A stretch of DNA of 62,288 nt, filler included, from Perkinsus olseni (Eukaryota): NCBI GenBank assembly GCA_013115125.1. It is 14 parts of 14 records of this genome, joined end to end, with 100 filler letters (N's around TTAATTAATTAA, not from the genome) between each part and the next. Parts side by side here need not be neighbours in the genome. Positions count along the whole stretch, not along the records: positions 35,874 to 40,216 come from JABANN010001287.1; positions 40,317 to 44,637 come from JABANN010001288.1; positions 44,738 to 49,058 come from JABANN010001289.1; 11 more parts are not named here. The stretch is one strand, 5' to 3'. This document shows, in pieces, positions 36,415-48,288 of this stretch. A program made the position numbers and the translations under genes. Below the pieces are notes generated by a model, which had not been told where the DNA came from, searched no databases, and worked only from the letters and a program-made list of their open reading frames with translations. Within the stretch, counting starts at the first letter, position 1, and every line of letters begins with the position of its first letter.

Positions 36415-38556
36415 GTGTGTCTCGCTGAGCTAGAATTGAAACAGGTCTTGGATAGCAGTGACTCTCCCGACCCTCTCGCACCAGTCTCGCATCCTCGCCG
36501 TTGGAACCAAATGGTGACATACTTCACTCCTCGCCTCTGTCGAGTTGGCTCCGGGGTTCAGCCCCGGGCATGTCGTCATGATGCTTATGTCGATCTCGCC
36601 ACGGCCCCTCCGGAACGGGTTGACTCGGATGAGCAACTTCGTCATATGGCACAAGCCGCTGACTCGACCCATCCCTTAGCTGGCACTCCTGGGCTTCCTG
36701 ACACCGTTTTGGCGGCGGTCAATTTCCTTCGGCGTGTTGGTTTGCAGAACGTTAAGGGTCTTCGGGAGTCTGCTATAGCATATTGGTCTGACCGCGCTGT
36801 CGTCTTGGCGGATGAAGCCGCGAAAGTATCGGCTTCGATGCCCGACAACTTGCGCCGTATAGCTGGTCACTTGAACATTCCCCTTTTCAAGGAAATGCTG
36901 CATGCGTCTCACTACCCGGATGAAGGTTTGGCAGACGACCTAATCCATGGTCTCTGTCTCCATGGTTCCTTCGGCCCATTAGAGGGCGTTTTCCGTACCA
37001 TTCCCGAGGGCAAGAGGCGCCCACCCACTGAGTCGTTGCAGGAGCTACTTCGAGATGGCCCTCGTAGAGCGAGATCGCTGATATCTAGGGTAGAACGTGA
37101 AGAGTCTGATTTCACCACAGAGCTGTGGAACTCAGCCATGAAAGAAGTAGATGCTGGTTCTATGAGGGGTCCCTACTCGTTTAAGGAGATCGAAGAGCTT
37201 TTTGGGGACTTTGTTGCTTCCAGACGTTTCGCAGTGGCGCAACCCTCGAAGGTGCGTCCGTGTGATGATTTTCGACGTTCGGGCCTCAACGCCTCGATGT
37301 CTTTTATCAGTAAGGTTTCTTTTCCAAATCCGGACGCAGCAGTAGCTTGTGCTCGCTTGTTGGCGTCAACTTGTGGGACCGACGATCTTCTTTTCTGGAA
37401 GAGCGATCACACATCTGCATATCGCCAAGTTCCTTGTGATCCTGGTTCATATAAGTTGACTGTCATATTTCTTAAGGATCCTTCGTCGGGCAAGGCAAAG
37501 GCTTTCTTTCATGTCGCGCAGCCTTTCGGTACGGCGAGCTCGGTTTACAATTACTGCAGGGTCAGCCAAGCCTTGGCCCACATCGGCCGGATCCTATTTG
37601 GGATTCCAGTCTTGAACTATTTGGACGACTATTTTAGCCTGGAACCGTCTACCTGTGCGGATTCTGCATTTGATACTTGGACTTGGTTACATTCCGTGTT
37701 GGGATGGAAACTGAATCTGGATAAAGGGGTTCGTCCATCCTCGACTATACAGATTCTAGGTGTGCAGTTGTCGATCTCCGATGGCAAGATTCTTATGCAA
37801 GTTCCGAAGGAGAAGTTGGATTCACTTCTGCTCGACTTAACGACAGTTCTCCAAGACGGATTCTTGTCCTCTTCCTTCTGCTCAAAGTTGATTGGTAAGC
37901 TGAACTATGCATCTGGTGCTATAGAATCATCAGCCTGTAAGCCTTACATTCGCTCTCTTCTGCACTTTATGCATCATCAGTTCACGCCACTGCGAGGAAG
38001 CATATCTGCGGAAGCGAAGTCCGCGTTAGAAGGTTTTCGCCTGATTTTGTCTTCTTCGCACTACAATAGAGTTATTCCTTTGCTTCGTTCTGATTACTCT
38101 CTAATGGATAACTGCGTGCTCTACACTGATGCTTGTCGTTCGGGGGGCATTGGCGCGGTCCTTTACCAGAGCTCTTTCTCTAAACCGCTCTACATTTCCG
38201 ACTCTGTTCCCTCTTCATTTACTGATAAACTTCTTGATCGTCATAATAGTATTATTCCGTTCGAGCTTTATGCCGTTGTAGCTGGCCTTTCGTCCTTTGA
38301 GAAGTACCTGCGGCATAAGTGGATCACAGTTTTCGTTGACAATGAGTCGGTAGAGCGAATGCTCGTAAGGGGTTACTCGCCTAGTAACGACCTGAATCTC
38401 CTTGTAACTAAGTTTTGGTCCATCTGCGCGCGTTTGGGTCTGAAGGTATGGGTTGAACGAGTTCCCTCTCACCTGAATGTTGCGGATAAGCCCAGTCGTC
38501 GAATTTTTGATGAGTTCATTTGCAGTTTTAGCCGCAAACAGTTCATTTGTCCCTGA
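36415..38556 (+). CDS. DIRS-type reverse transcriptase/RNaseH
   Basis: KVRPCDDF, DHTSAYRQV, QPFGTASS, YLDD, YTDAC, FELYA, FVDN, NVADKPSR. Confidence 0.95.
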   Translation: MCLAELELKQVLDSSDSPDPLAPVSHPRRWNQMVTYFTPRLCRVGSGVQPRACRHDAYVDLATAPPERVDSDEQLRHMAQAADSTHPLAGTPGLPDTVLAAVNFLRRVGLQNVKGLRESAIAYWSDRAVVLADEAAKVSASMPDNLRRIAGHLNIPLFKEMLHASHYPDEGLADDLIHGLCLHGSFGPLEGVFRTIPEGKRRPPTESLQELLRDGPRRARSLISRVEREESDFTTELWNSAMKEVDAGSMRGPYSFKEIEELFGDFVASRRFAVAQPSKVRPCDDFRRSGLNASMSFISKVSFPNPDAAVACARLLASTCGTDDLLFWKSDHTSAYRQVPCDPGSYKLTVIFLKDPSSGKAKAFFHVAQPFGTASSVYNYCRVSQALAHIGRILFGIPVLNYLDDYFSLEPSTCADSAFDTWTWLHSVLGWKLNLDKGVRPSSTIQILGVQLSISDGKILMQVPKEKLDSLLLDLTTVLQDGFLSSSFCSKLIGKLNYASGAIESSACKPYIRSLLHFMHHQFTPLRGSISAEAKSALEGFRLILSSSHYNRVIPLLRSDYSLMDNCVLYTDACRSGGIGAVLYQSSFSKPLYISDSVPSSFTDKLLDRHNSIIPFELYAVVAGLSSFEKYLRHKWITVFVDNESVERMLVRGYSPSNDLNLLVTKFWSICARLGLKVWVERVPSHLNVADKPSRRIFDEFICSFSRKQFICP

Positions 38557-38636
38557 CTCTTCCACCCCGCTAATTTGCCGTTGTGCTCGGGTGTTGTGTT
38601 CCGCGTATCGAGGTCGCTTCAGTTTCCTTCTTTTCT

Positions 38637-39962
38637 ATGGTACAGCAGCCTCCGCGTACGCGGGAATATGATTTCTATTCGGCTTTTAACCTGAGCCCTT
38701 GGCAATTTGCTCAGCTACCTTTGTGCCTTCTGAAAGCGGGTATATTCGACTGGGGTGAAGCTCGTAGTCGTATGCGCGATGACCTTCTTGCTTCGGTCCG
38801 CGATCCAACGGCTCGTGCTGTATTGCGTGCCGCGGTGCAGTCTCCCTCCACTTTTCCGAGCGCCTACCTTCTACACGATTCCCTGATAAATGCAGTTCTT
38901 CAAGCTAGACTGCACTTTGATCTCCCTGAGCAACTTCTCCATGATACTCCCCCACCGGGAAAAGTAGCCCGGAGGTTCTCTGGTTTTTCTTCTTCTACCA
39001 AGAATTCGGTGGTTCGCGATCTCACTGCGGCTTCGGAAGTCCTCCACATCTTGGCTGTGGATCCTACTACTTTCTCTCAATACTCATCTGGATTTCGAAG
39101 TTATCTGAGTTTCGCCCATTCCGTTTCGTCGAGTGAGAAGCAACCCGCAGCTGGCCTCCTACCTGCAAGCGAGAGAGTCATGCTTCTTTGGATTGTTACA
39201 TTTCGGAACTCCGAGTCAGCATCCAACTATGTTACCCATATTCGACGATGGCACTCGTGGTTGAAGCTAGATATGAGTTGGGATACCTCGTCTTTGTCTG
39301 CTCACTTAAAAGGTCTTCGTAAACTGGTTCCTTCAGTGTCTAAGCCTCGCAAACGAATATCCCCGGCTCTCTTGTCTCGCATAGTAGAGAAGTCTTTCTC
39401 TCTCAAATTGCCTCTCATGGCCTTGGTCGCCATACTTGCGTACTCTTTTCTTCTCAGGGTTAAGTCAGAGCTCCTCGCAGTGACAATAGACGATATTTCT
39501 TTAACTCGGGAGTATGTTGCCCTTCGCTTGAAGAAGAGGAAAACTGTCCCGCAGGGAGAGACCATTCTGCGTTACTGTACTTGCTCTTCTAATTCTCTCC
39601 TGTGCCCTGTAGAGGCTGCGAAGATTTCCGTCGAGCTTCATTCGACTCTCCGAGTCCAATCTCCACTTCTATTCGGCAGCGTATCCTACCGCTCTATCTT
39701 GGTACACTTGCGCTCTATTCTGTCAGCCCTACACGTCAAAGACTCGTCTGAGTATGGGACTCACGCATTTCGACGGGGTCATGCCCACGCTCTAGCCTCG
39801 TCTGGGTCATCTCACGAAGAACTATGTAGGGCAGGCTCCTGGAGGTACAAGAGTGCAGTACCCGCTAGAATCTATGCCGATATCTCTGAGATTGAAGCCA
39901 TCGCATGCCGTCAAGCCCTTCCTGATATTTTGGAGAGTGACAGCGAATCTGATGATGACTAA
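38637..39962 (+). CDS. Tyrosine recombinase
   Basis: LLRVKSEL, LCPV, THAFRRG, GSW...IY. First ATG at 38637 (open from 38583). Confidence 0.93.
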   Translation: MVQQPPRTREYDFYSAFNLSPWQFAQLPLCLLKAGIFDWGEARSRMRDDLLASVRDPTARAVLRAAVQSPSTFPSAYLLHDSLINAVLQARLHFDLPEQLLHDTPPPGKVARRFSGFSSSTKNSVVRDLTAASEVLHILAVDPTTFSQYSSGFRSYLSFAHSVSSSEKQPAAGLLPASERVMLLWIVTFRNSESASNYVTHIRRWHSWLKLDMSWDTSSLSAHLKGLRKLVPSVSKPRKRISPALLSRIVEKSFSLKLPLMALVAILAYSFLLRVKSELLAVTIDDISLTREYVALRLKKRKTVPQGETILRYCTCSSNSLLCPVEAAKISVELHSTLRVQSPLLFGSVSYRSILVHLRSILSALHVKDSSEYGTHAFRRGHAHALASSGSSHEELCRAGSWRYKSAVPARIYADISEIEAIACRQALPDILESDSESDDD

Positions 39963-41573
39963 TTCGTTATAACTACTACTAAATTTGAGGATCTGGTTCC
40001 GGTTTTCTCTGTAAGTCGCAAGAATGAAAGGTTTCAGTGTATTAAATTTTTACGTTTGAGTTGGACGCCGGACCAAGCATCTCCTTTTGTCCTAGGGGTG
40101 CGATGCTTGGCTTTCCTCGGCGAGAGTGATCGGTTGGTCCGTGGGGTTGGTCTCACGATACCCTTGTGTGGTGTGCCGCCTTGCGCGCTGCCCATGGCCG
40201 TAGGTCGTGTACAGCGNNNNNNNNNNNNNNNNNNNNNNNNNNNNNNNNNNNNNNNNNNNNTTAATTAATTAANNNNNNNNNNNNNNNNNNNNNNNNNNNN
40301 NNNNNNNNNNNNNNNNAGTATCGTTCGGCGGGCCTCCGAGGTCTGCCGTTTCCTATGGTTCGGTAAAGCGGCCTCGAAAGGCGGATAGTAACTCTCGGAG
40401 GGTGTCCTTCGCTCGGCACCCGACGTATTCGGAAATCGACTCATCTTGGGCGGCTGAGGAGGGTGTCGTAGATAGTGACCGAAACTCGAGCGTCTCCAAA
40501 CTCTCCATTTGGGACGATCTCAACAGCGACCTTGGTTCGAAAGATGAGCCCTCCGTGGAACCCGAGCGGCGCCAGAAGAAGCCCAAGGTTCGTCATGGCG
40601 CTGTGATGGGCACCCAAGTCGAGAAGGCGGCATCGGTATCCCCAGGGTCTCTGAATAAGTACCGCTACGTCCCGAGCACAGTGGACGACATCACCCCGCA
40701 TGACTCGGTCTCCAACCCAGGAGCTCGCCTCCACTTCCGCTATGCTGGGGTGTCTCGGAAGTCGGGACGCGGTCAGGAAAAACGTCAGTCCTGGCGTAAA
40801 AAGCAGGTCCCACGTTCTGCACTCCCACGTGATGGTCTTTTCACAGTCTTCCGATAGTTCTCCTTCATTACCCATCTCGGAGAAGATCTCACTTTTGTGG
40901 GCCGTTGGATCGAACCCGTGGGGTTCCGTGTTGAAGTTGCTGAAATCATTGGTACGGTTCCGGTGAATTGAGATGAACACGCTGAATCCCCCCCCCCTCA
41001 CTAGTCCAACTCTGTGAGCACTGTAATTCACCCTATTGGTGTATCGAGTCAACATCGTAGGGTCGCTGCTACCTTCGCGGGCGATGTCCTCAGAAAGATT
41101 CTCCTGAAGTCAGTGGGAAAGCTATCGTCATAGGATTCCGACGACCTCCAGGGCCAGTGCAGCGGCACTCCTCGAAGGAGTGTTCAGTCCTACTGGCATT
41201 TTCCTTGTTGCGCGGACCCGACGGGGGCTCTGCGTGGCCATCGCATCATTGGGACTCCAGAGATCGTACGAGATCCTCTAACTCCGCCGTGACCCTAGGC
41301 GGAGTAGCTGCCCTTGTAGTCAGCTCACTCATGTCATCGTCGTCATCCTCGTGTACAGTCTCTGAGGATGTGTGTATGAGCGGGGCCTCTGAGGAAGATA
41401 TCAAGGCCTGCATCATGGGTGGGCCTAGAGAACTGCGACTAGCCTGTGGTTTATCTTTTCCCCCGTAGCCTTGGCCNNNNNNNNNNNNNNNNNNNNNNNN
41501 NNNNNNNNNNNNNNNNNNNNNNNNNNNNNNNNNNNNNNNNNNNNNNNNNNNNNNNNNNNNNNNNNNNNNNNNN

Positions 41574-44030
41574 CTCGATCGGCCCCTGTAGACGATGAGA
41601 GTCAGTGGCTAGCGTGGTTGGAGGACCTCGCTCACCATGTTGAGGGTGCTGCAGTAGCGACAGGGGACCCTCCCATGGTTAAGGTACACGATCCTGTGAC
41701 GAGGTCGACCAGCCTCAGTCGGTGTGTTAGAACTGGGTGGTGGAGGCCATTCAGCAGCCACCGGCCGAGCGATCGAAGTACCGAGACGACTATGAAGTGG
41801 CCCTGTTTCGCCCTTGCATTCTCTACTCAATACACCGGGCTATCGTCAAGGCCAGGTAGTTACTTCAACCACCCTGCGACACCTCCTCGCCAGGCACTGC
41901 TTCGGCACACCTACCGAGAACTCGGACGCTTCCTCTCTGTCCGGATCGGCCACCGGTGAGCTGGTGGAGGCCTCCGACCAGAAGCTAGGGACACCTCCGA
42001 GCTACTCATGCCATCCTCTCAACGATGAAGATGATCACCTGCCGGCTGCCGATGCGTCGAAGCCTTCGCAGGAGTGGGACTGTCTGATGCAGATGATGCC
42101 AGAGCGGTCATCAGAGGCTGAAGAGTGGCTGCCTTGGAAGGAGGCCCTCAGGGACGGTTTGAACGAGGAAGGGCCGGAGGCCGACGGATTAGCCCATGCC
42201 CCCAGGGTCCCGATTCAAGCGAAGCAATTGCCGCCTCCCAAGTTTGTCGCGCGTAGGTGCGCAGTCTGATAAACCTGTGCGGTTTGGGTGATCTCTGGTG
42301 CGCGGCCTGGCGTCGCATCCTCATGGACGATCTCGTAACGCCTATGGTGGCCCTTGGTTGCCGGAAGGACTTCAACGTCGCCGTCCTCAGCCCACTGCTG
42401 CGGTGAGTCTTCGAGCCCCCCTCCCCCCTTGTGGAGGCTCCTTGCAGGTACTTCTCGACGATCATACCGGAGCTCATCGAGCCAGCCGGTGTTGCTTCCT
42501 TCGCTAGCGGCTGTGGCTCTTGGAAGGCGATGGTGTGCTGGACGATGGCTCGGCTGCGGTGTCGTGGCCCGGGCAACTCGAACGGCAGGAACAGTATTAT
42601 CGACCGACGAGATCGAGGAATCTTCGCCATGATCCGCGTGAGTCGAGTGTTCCTTACCGTTGGCATAGCGTCGCCATGGTCCGGTACAGGACTACCCGTA
42701 CAGTACTCAAGCCCTGATAGATCTTTCCTGGTGCATCGAGTACCTCGAGGCCTGCAAGGAGAAGGGGTTCGAGGTCGGGGATAGGTGAGCCCTCGGAGAG
42801 CTCCACGACAGAAAATGCATTGGCTGCCTATTGCTCGCGCGGAGACTGTGCTAGCCTCTCCTCAGCCCGTCACTGATGGTCCAGCTCGCAGCTTCCATAC
42901 AGTTGGAGTTCCACCGGCGACTGCTCATCCCGAGCGCCCACACCTCTGATGTTCTCAAGCTGTATCTGCGAACATTCAACTCGGTTAATGTTCTCCTCGG
43001 TGGCGACAGGCCCGAAGCAGCGCGCAAAGTGAGGGCTACTGTAGACTTGACGGTAACGCCTCGAGTATTCGCCAAGAAAAAGACATGACAAAGACACGCC
43101 GTGGGACTCAGATGATTTGCCTTGCTCATAGAGGGAACTAACCACCGTGAATTGGTTTTAGCTCCTCGCGTTTGTGAGTTTGTAGCCCTCCAACGTCCAT
43201 ACCGGCTCAGTTGGACTCTCACTGATGTGCACATCTCCCTTCTGGGCTTCAGGGATCTACGGTGGTCATTAGATGCTTGGTGGTGTCGGTGTTGTATTGA
43301 GTCTCTCAGATCTTCGATTGGATATGCGAGCCCGTGGTGGCTTTCCTCCAAGGTCGTAGTGATACCGTTAGATGTGTAGTGGCTGCTATGCTTGAAGGAG
43401 GCTCTGAGAATGGGTGGGATGAAGACAGCAAACCGAAGGGTATTTACCCGGGCCAGCTACGACGTGATCTTCCTCAATTCACGATGAGGCGGGTTCTCTA
43501 CTGTACGCACTTGAGCGACCTCATCGCTGTGTGAAGCCTCCTGAGGGTCGCACCTAGTAGAAGTATTGTAGTCCTACGAAGCGTTCACGATCCAGTATAC
43601 TGTTGGTCCTCTTCTAGGTGACCACGGTCCCGGCGTGCCCGTGGCGCGGCTGAAGCGGTACAGTGCATCAGGCGAGTGGCTCGAGCTCTACAACTTCGAG
43701 ACACCGGTCATGCCCGCCACCGCCCAGCAGGGCTCGGTACGACTATCCTCTCCTCCGCTGGTCTCGGCTGCGGGAGGAAGATTCATACAAGTGTGGGATG
43801 AGAGGTGACCATCACGACGTCGAATTCAGCGGTTTCGTCGTACCTCTGCGAAGGCCCGATCTTTGTGGCTTCAGTGGTCGGGCAAGGTCCTTTCTGGACA
43901 CCTGTCGGTCTGCTAGATTCCCTCCAGCGTCGCAGCGTGGGAAGATAGAGTCGACCGAAGCTCAGATGCTACCCCTGCTTGTTGTTGGTGTCTATGGTTC
44001 CGAGGACATCTTCATCAGAGAGTAGGCAGT
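41574..44030 (+). pseudogene. Heavily decayed gag/protease-like retroelement region
   Basis: LPPPKF, decayed zinc knuckle YKCGMRGDHH, protease-like VYGSEDIFIRE. Many frame breaks. Confidence 0.35.
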
Positions 44031-45417
44031 AGCCGGTTCAATCCTCCTCCCTCTGTCAATGTGTCAGTTGAGTGTTACGTCTCTTCTTGAGTGGTTTCAG
44101 TTGCCCTCCTGCCTTGCCCCTCTACCAGGTACCGTGAGCTTATGTGCCAGCGTCTACTCGGCGTATCTTACGCATCGAACTCGCAGGCCGAGTCCACACG
44201 GGATGCGAACAATCTGATCACGTTAAAGAAGAAGTTCGGGAAGGACGCTCTACAGCCTTGTGATGTGAGTGGAGCACGGCTCCCCGCCTAACGCACCCAC
44301 GACTGTTCACGGTGCTGATCATCATGTACAACTCTTGAATGACGCAATGCCCTTGAGCTGGAACGTTGTGATGCCCTCGTAGAAGGCCTCTGTTCCCTCG
44401 TACAACGGATATGATGTCTTCGTATTCTGGACCGCTGGACAGTTGAACGCTCTCTCATGGCTCAGGTTATCCTTCACGACGTTGAGAACTCGAAGAAAGT
44501 GAGTACGCATGTGCTTCGAAGACTCACAGGCCACCACCGAGATATACCAGAGATCTCAGCCTTGATAGTAGCCCCCCGCACTCCTCCCCACTTCCATGGG
44601 CGCTGCCCCAGGTGTCAAGGCACTTCTGGCCCTCCAGNNNNNNNNNNNNNNNNNNNNNNNNNNNNNNNNNNNNNNNNNNNNTTAATTAATTAANNNNNNN
44701 NNNNNNNNNNNNNNNNNNNNNNNNNNNNNNNNNNNNNAATATGTTACTCCGAACATCCACTTTCGAGCCTTCGATGGCGTATACGCCGCCAATCGCCTCG
44801 AAGATGATGAACAAGACGCCTGAGCTACGCGAATCTTATAATTTGTCATGAGCAAGCTTCGACTTCCAAACCAACACGTAATGCCAAGGCTGATAGAAGT
44901 AATTTCCCCTCATTCAGGATTCAAAATCTCCTTCACGGGAATGCAATAAATATAGCAAGCGCAGCTTTCTAGAAAGATATCTTCCCGCCATAATCACCAC
45001 CAATGTTGCAACAACCACACCCAAAAGACGGGTGAAGTACGAACGATGATGACCGGCAGCAGCGGCTCTGAGTGATGGGCTGAGCTATCCAATATCAGAC
45101 ATGCTAGAGTCTAGCAGCTAGACAATCTCCTCCTCACAGTCTCTGCGTTGCGCTCCATCACATCCTCGCAGCTCACCAGCGGTGGTAGCGTGTTGGTGGT
45201 CTGTATGAAAAGTAAACCGTTAATGAAAGGCTTTGCAGATCCTCACTTCTTTCCTGCCACCATCTTTCCGTTTTCTAATACCCCGCACGGACGTCATTAA
45301 CAATACTATCTGTATGATGATAGTCGGCATCCCATCAGTAGTGGACTATCTCTCCGACTTAACACAATCGATAAATTCACATCACATCATAATAAATACA
45401 CATGAACATCATCATCA

Positions 45418-46299
45418 TCATCCTACACGCTCTAATTTCACCATCTCCCCACCAATGAAGATCTCCACTCCCGACCCGGAGGGTGAGAAGATATTCACCA
45501 ACTTTGGGCTCGCGGAGAATCGGTAACCGGCCATTCTCGAGGCCCAGTCAAACACCTCCATGTCACTTATGGTGTAGTTGTTCAATACGGAGAATTCCTC
45601 TTCCTCGGCGACGATTCTCTCCATCCTCATCCAACCAGTGGACTTGCTCTCCCCGGACGAGAGACTCGTGAACTCAAATTTGGCTGCGAAATCTTGAGAG
45701 ATCTCGAGGTTGATGCCGATGATCGAATCCCAGTGTCCCGAATATTTCCCAACCAGTGAATGTAATTGTGTTTTCTCTCCATGGCTTGTGGACGGCTGGT
45801 CGGACGACGAACGAAGCCTCTTAGGTACCGCGGTATCTTTCCCATTGAACTTCCGCTTCAACACTGGGGCATTCTCTTTCGCGAGCGCAGTTGAGTCCTT
45901 GCGGGGTCGAAGACGGTATACCCCGAGGTCGATTACGTTGAGGTACAAACGACCTTCTTGTAGGGACACAGTGAAGGAATAAGTATCAACTCCCACATTC
46001 AGCCGTTTATTCACATTTTTGCAGAAAGTGCCGAATTGTTGGACCCGGTAGCCGGGCTGCATCAGGGAGTAGCTGCCGTCAGGACGAGGGTAGCCTTTCA
46101 GGGTGGGAGATATGATCGCATCGGATCCCTTCTGTACCCTGAGCCGCAGCGCCTGATCTTCGAACACCTCCATTGTGAGGTCATGACCACCGGGTAGTTT
46201 ATCATCACTGACATATACGCCCGGTGTTAATTGCAGTTCATTACCAACCGTAGAAGCCTCGACAACAGCGAGCAGCTCGAAAACCAAGATCAACTTCAT
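45418..46299 (-). CDS. Predicted secreted protein of unknown family
   Basis: Signal-like MKLILVFELLAVVEA, then two beta-rich modules (PGVYVS..., VGKYSG...) joined by a basic linker. A paralog is adjacent. Confidence 0.75.
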   Translation of the reverse strand: MKLILVFELLAVVEASTVGNELQLTPGVYVSDDKLPGGHDLTMEVFEDQALRLRVQKGSDAIISPTLKGYPRPDGSYSLMQPGYRVQQFGTFCKNVNKRLNVGVDTYSFTVSLQEGRLYLNVIDLGVYRLRPRKDSTALAKENAPVLKRKFNGKDTAVPKRLRSSSDQPSTSHGEKTQLHSLVGKYSGHWDSIIGINLEISQDFAAKFEFTSLSSGESKSTGWMRMERIVAEEEEFSVLNNYTISDMEVFDWASRMAGYRFSASPKLVNIFSPSGSGVEIFIGGEMVKLERVG

Positions 46300-47530
46300 A
46301 CAGCAAGCGATGGGGAATTCGGCAACTTTAGTCGCGCGAGCGAGCAATCTTACTCGCCCGTGTACTGTCCGCTCGCCAGCCCGAACGGTAGTTTCCTGGT
46401 TGCGTGTCGTACAGCCTCCACTAGCGGCGCCCGTAGCGTTGCTCCGCCTACAAGTGCCTCACATTCAAAACTCAAGGCAAGGTGACGCTGATCAGTCAAT
46501 AGTACCTGGCGAGTATTACATGAGCTATCACATGCACACGTAGTTGGTAAATACAATGTATGCACTACATGATAACTGTCAATCAAAAGGGCAAAGGTAA
46601 ATAGACGAATACGAGTTATATTGGTGAATGTGATGCCAATATCAGAGGGCGACTATGAAGAGTTCAACATAGTGAGCGATAGCACGTGATTCAAGGTAAA
46701 ATACTCATTAGGCCAGGGCTGGGACTCCAAGCCTCTCGCTGTTGCTACCATGTCACACGGTCCGTCTGGGAAGCCATTCTTTGGAATCGTGGTTCAAATT
46801 TTCGGCTGAAGTAGAGATGAGTCGGTTTACCAAGACGTGTAGCCTTAGGCTACTGTAGCTACAGTGTAGCTGCCACATGACGTGTAGGCTAGTAGACTAA
46901 TGTGCACAGCTAAATCACTCTCCCACGTTAGATAGATGAGCAATGAAAATGTAAGAGCTAGTAGAACCAATTGAAAATGGTGTGGAATGAGCGAGTAATC
47001 GAAAGTATGTGATTACATGCAACAGGAGTGCATGAAATAAATTAGTGAGAATGGCAGCATAGAAGGTCACAAGCTGAGATACGTAGATTAATTTGAGTTG
47101 TTGTTGAAACGAGATGGTAGAAGAAGGAAGAGGAGAAGATGGAGGGGTGGAAATTCCTTCTTCCATTCCACCGTGGAATGGCTCGAACAAAGATGGGAGG
47201 AAGATATGTTTAGTCGAAAGTTGGGAGAAAATGGGTACTTGAAATGTGAATTTGCAAGGAGTTTGCAGGAGTGTTTGTGAAATAAACATGTAGATTCTGA
47301 GTTTCAGAATTTCTTTATTGAACGAGGGACAGCTTCGCTACGAAGGAGAACTCACAGGCGATAAGAGCAGCCTTGCCCTCATGGTAGGGAGATTCAGCGG
47401 TCATTTCCCGAGTTGAGTATGCAGAAGGGTCGCCGTATGCTGTAAGCCGTTACTCACTGAATTGATCGAGCGACTTAACACAATCGACCAATCCACATCA
47501 CATCATAATAAACACATATGAACATCATCA

Positions 47531-48004
47531 TCACCCTGCACGCTCTAATTTCACCATCTCCCCACCAATGGCGACCTCCACTCCCGAACCAGAAGGTGAG
47601 AAGATATTCACCAACTTTGGGCTCGCGGTGAATTTGTAGCTGGCCATCCTCGAAGCCCAGTCAAACACCTCCATGTCACTTATGGTGTAGTCGTTCAATA
47701 CGGACAATTCCTCTCCCTCGGCGACGATTCTCTCCATCCTCATCCAACCAGTAGACTTGCTCTCCCCGGACGCGAGACTCGTGAACTCAAATTTGGCTGA
47801 GAAATCTTGAGAGATCTCGAGGTTGATGCCGATGATCGAATACCAGTGTCCCGAATACTTCTCAACCAGTGATGGTAATTGCGCGTTCTCTCCATGGCTT
47901 GTGGACGGATGAGCCTCGACAACAGCGAGCAGCTCGATCACCGAAATCAACTTCGTAGTTTGAGAGACGGGAAACCCGGCAGTACCAGACGCGCGAGCGA
48001 GCAA
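47531..48004 (-). pseudogene. Internally deleted paralog of 45418-46299 lacking the ATG
   Basis: Signal segment is fused directly to the near-identical C-terminal module. ATG is replaced by ACG (TKLISVIELLAVVEA). Confidence 0.75.
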
Positions 48005-48288
48005 TCTTGCTCGCCCGTGGACAGCCCGCCCGCCTGCCCGAACGATGGAGTTTCCTTGGCGGCATCGCCCGAATCGTCATGTGCACACGTCGTGCGGAGG
48101 ACCTCTATCAAGTCATGAGGTAACCATTCGTGGTAAGCCAGTCCAAACCCAAGTACACTCGTTGCTATTGGAAGTCGGAGTCATCGTACGAATTGGAGTT
48201 ATGAATCGATGAACCCTTTCCTGCCCAATTGCCGCTGTCCGGCACACAATGTGTGTCCCCAATGGAAGAAAGTCTATCGCCAAGCTCA

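Larger units (their letters stand above)
35874..40216 (+). mobile_element. DIRS/Ngaro retrotransposon with uninterrupted RT/RH and YR ORFs; ends not assembled
   Basis: Same ORF order and motifs as the element at 14438-17928. Confidence 0.92.

Noticed and set aside
40900-40925. B-box-like GGGTTCGATCC on the minus strand
   Set aside because: No A-box or tRNA-like context, and it lies in a longer ORF.
46839-47342. Possible solo LTR (TGTAGC...GCTACG)
   Set aside because: No CA end, no TSD and no second copy in the window.
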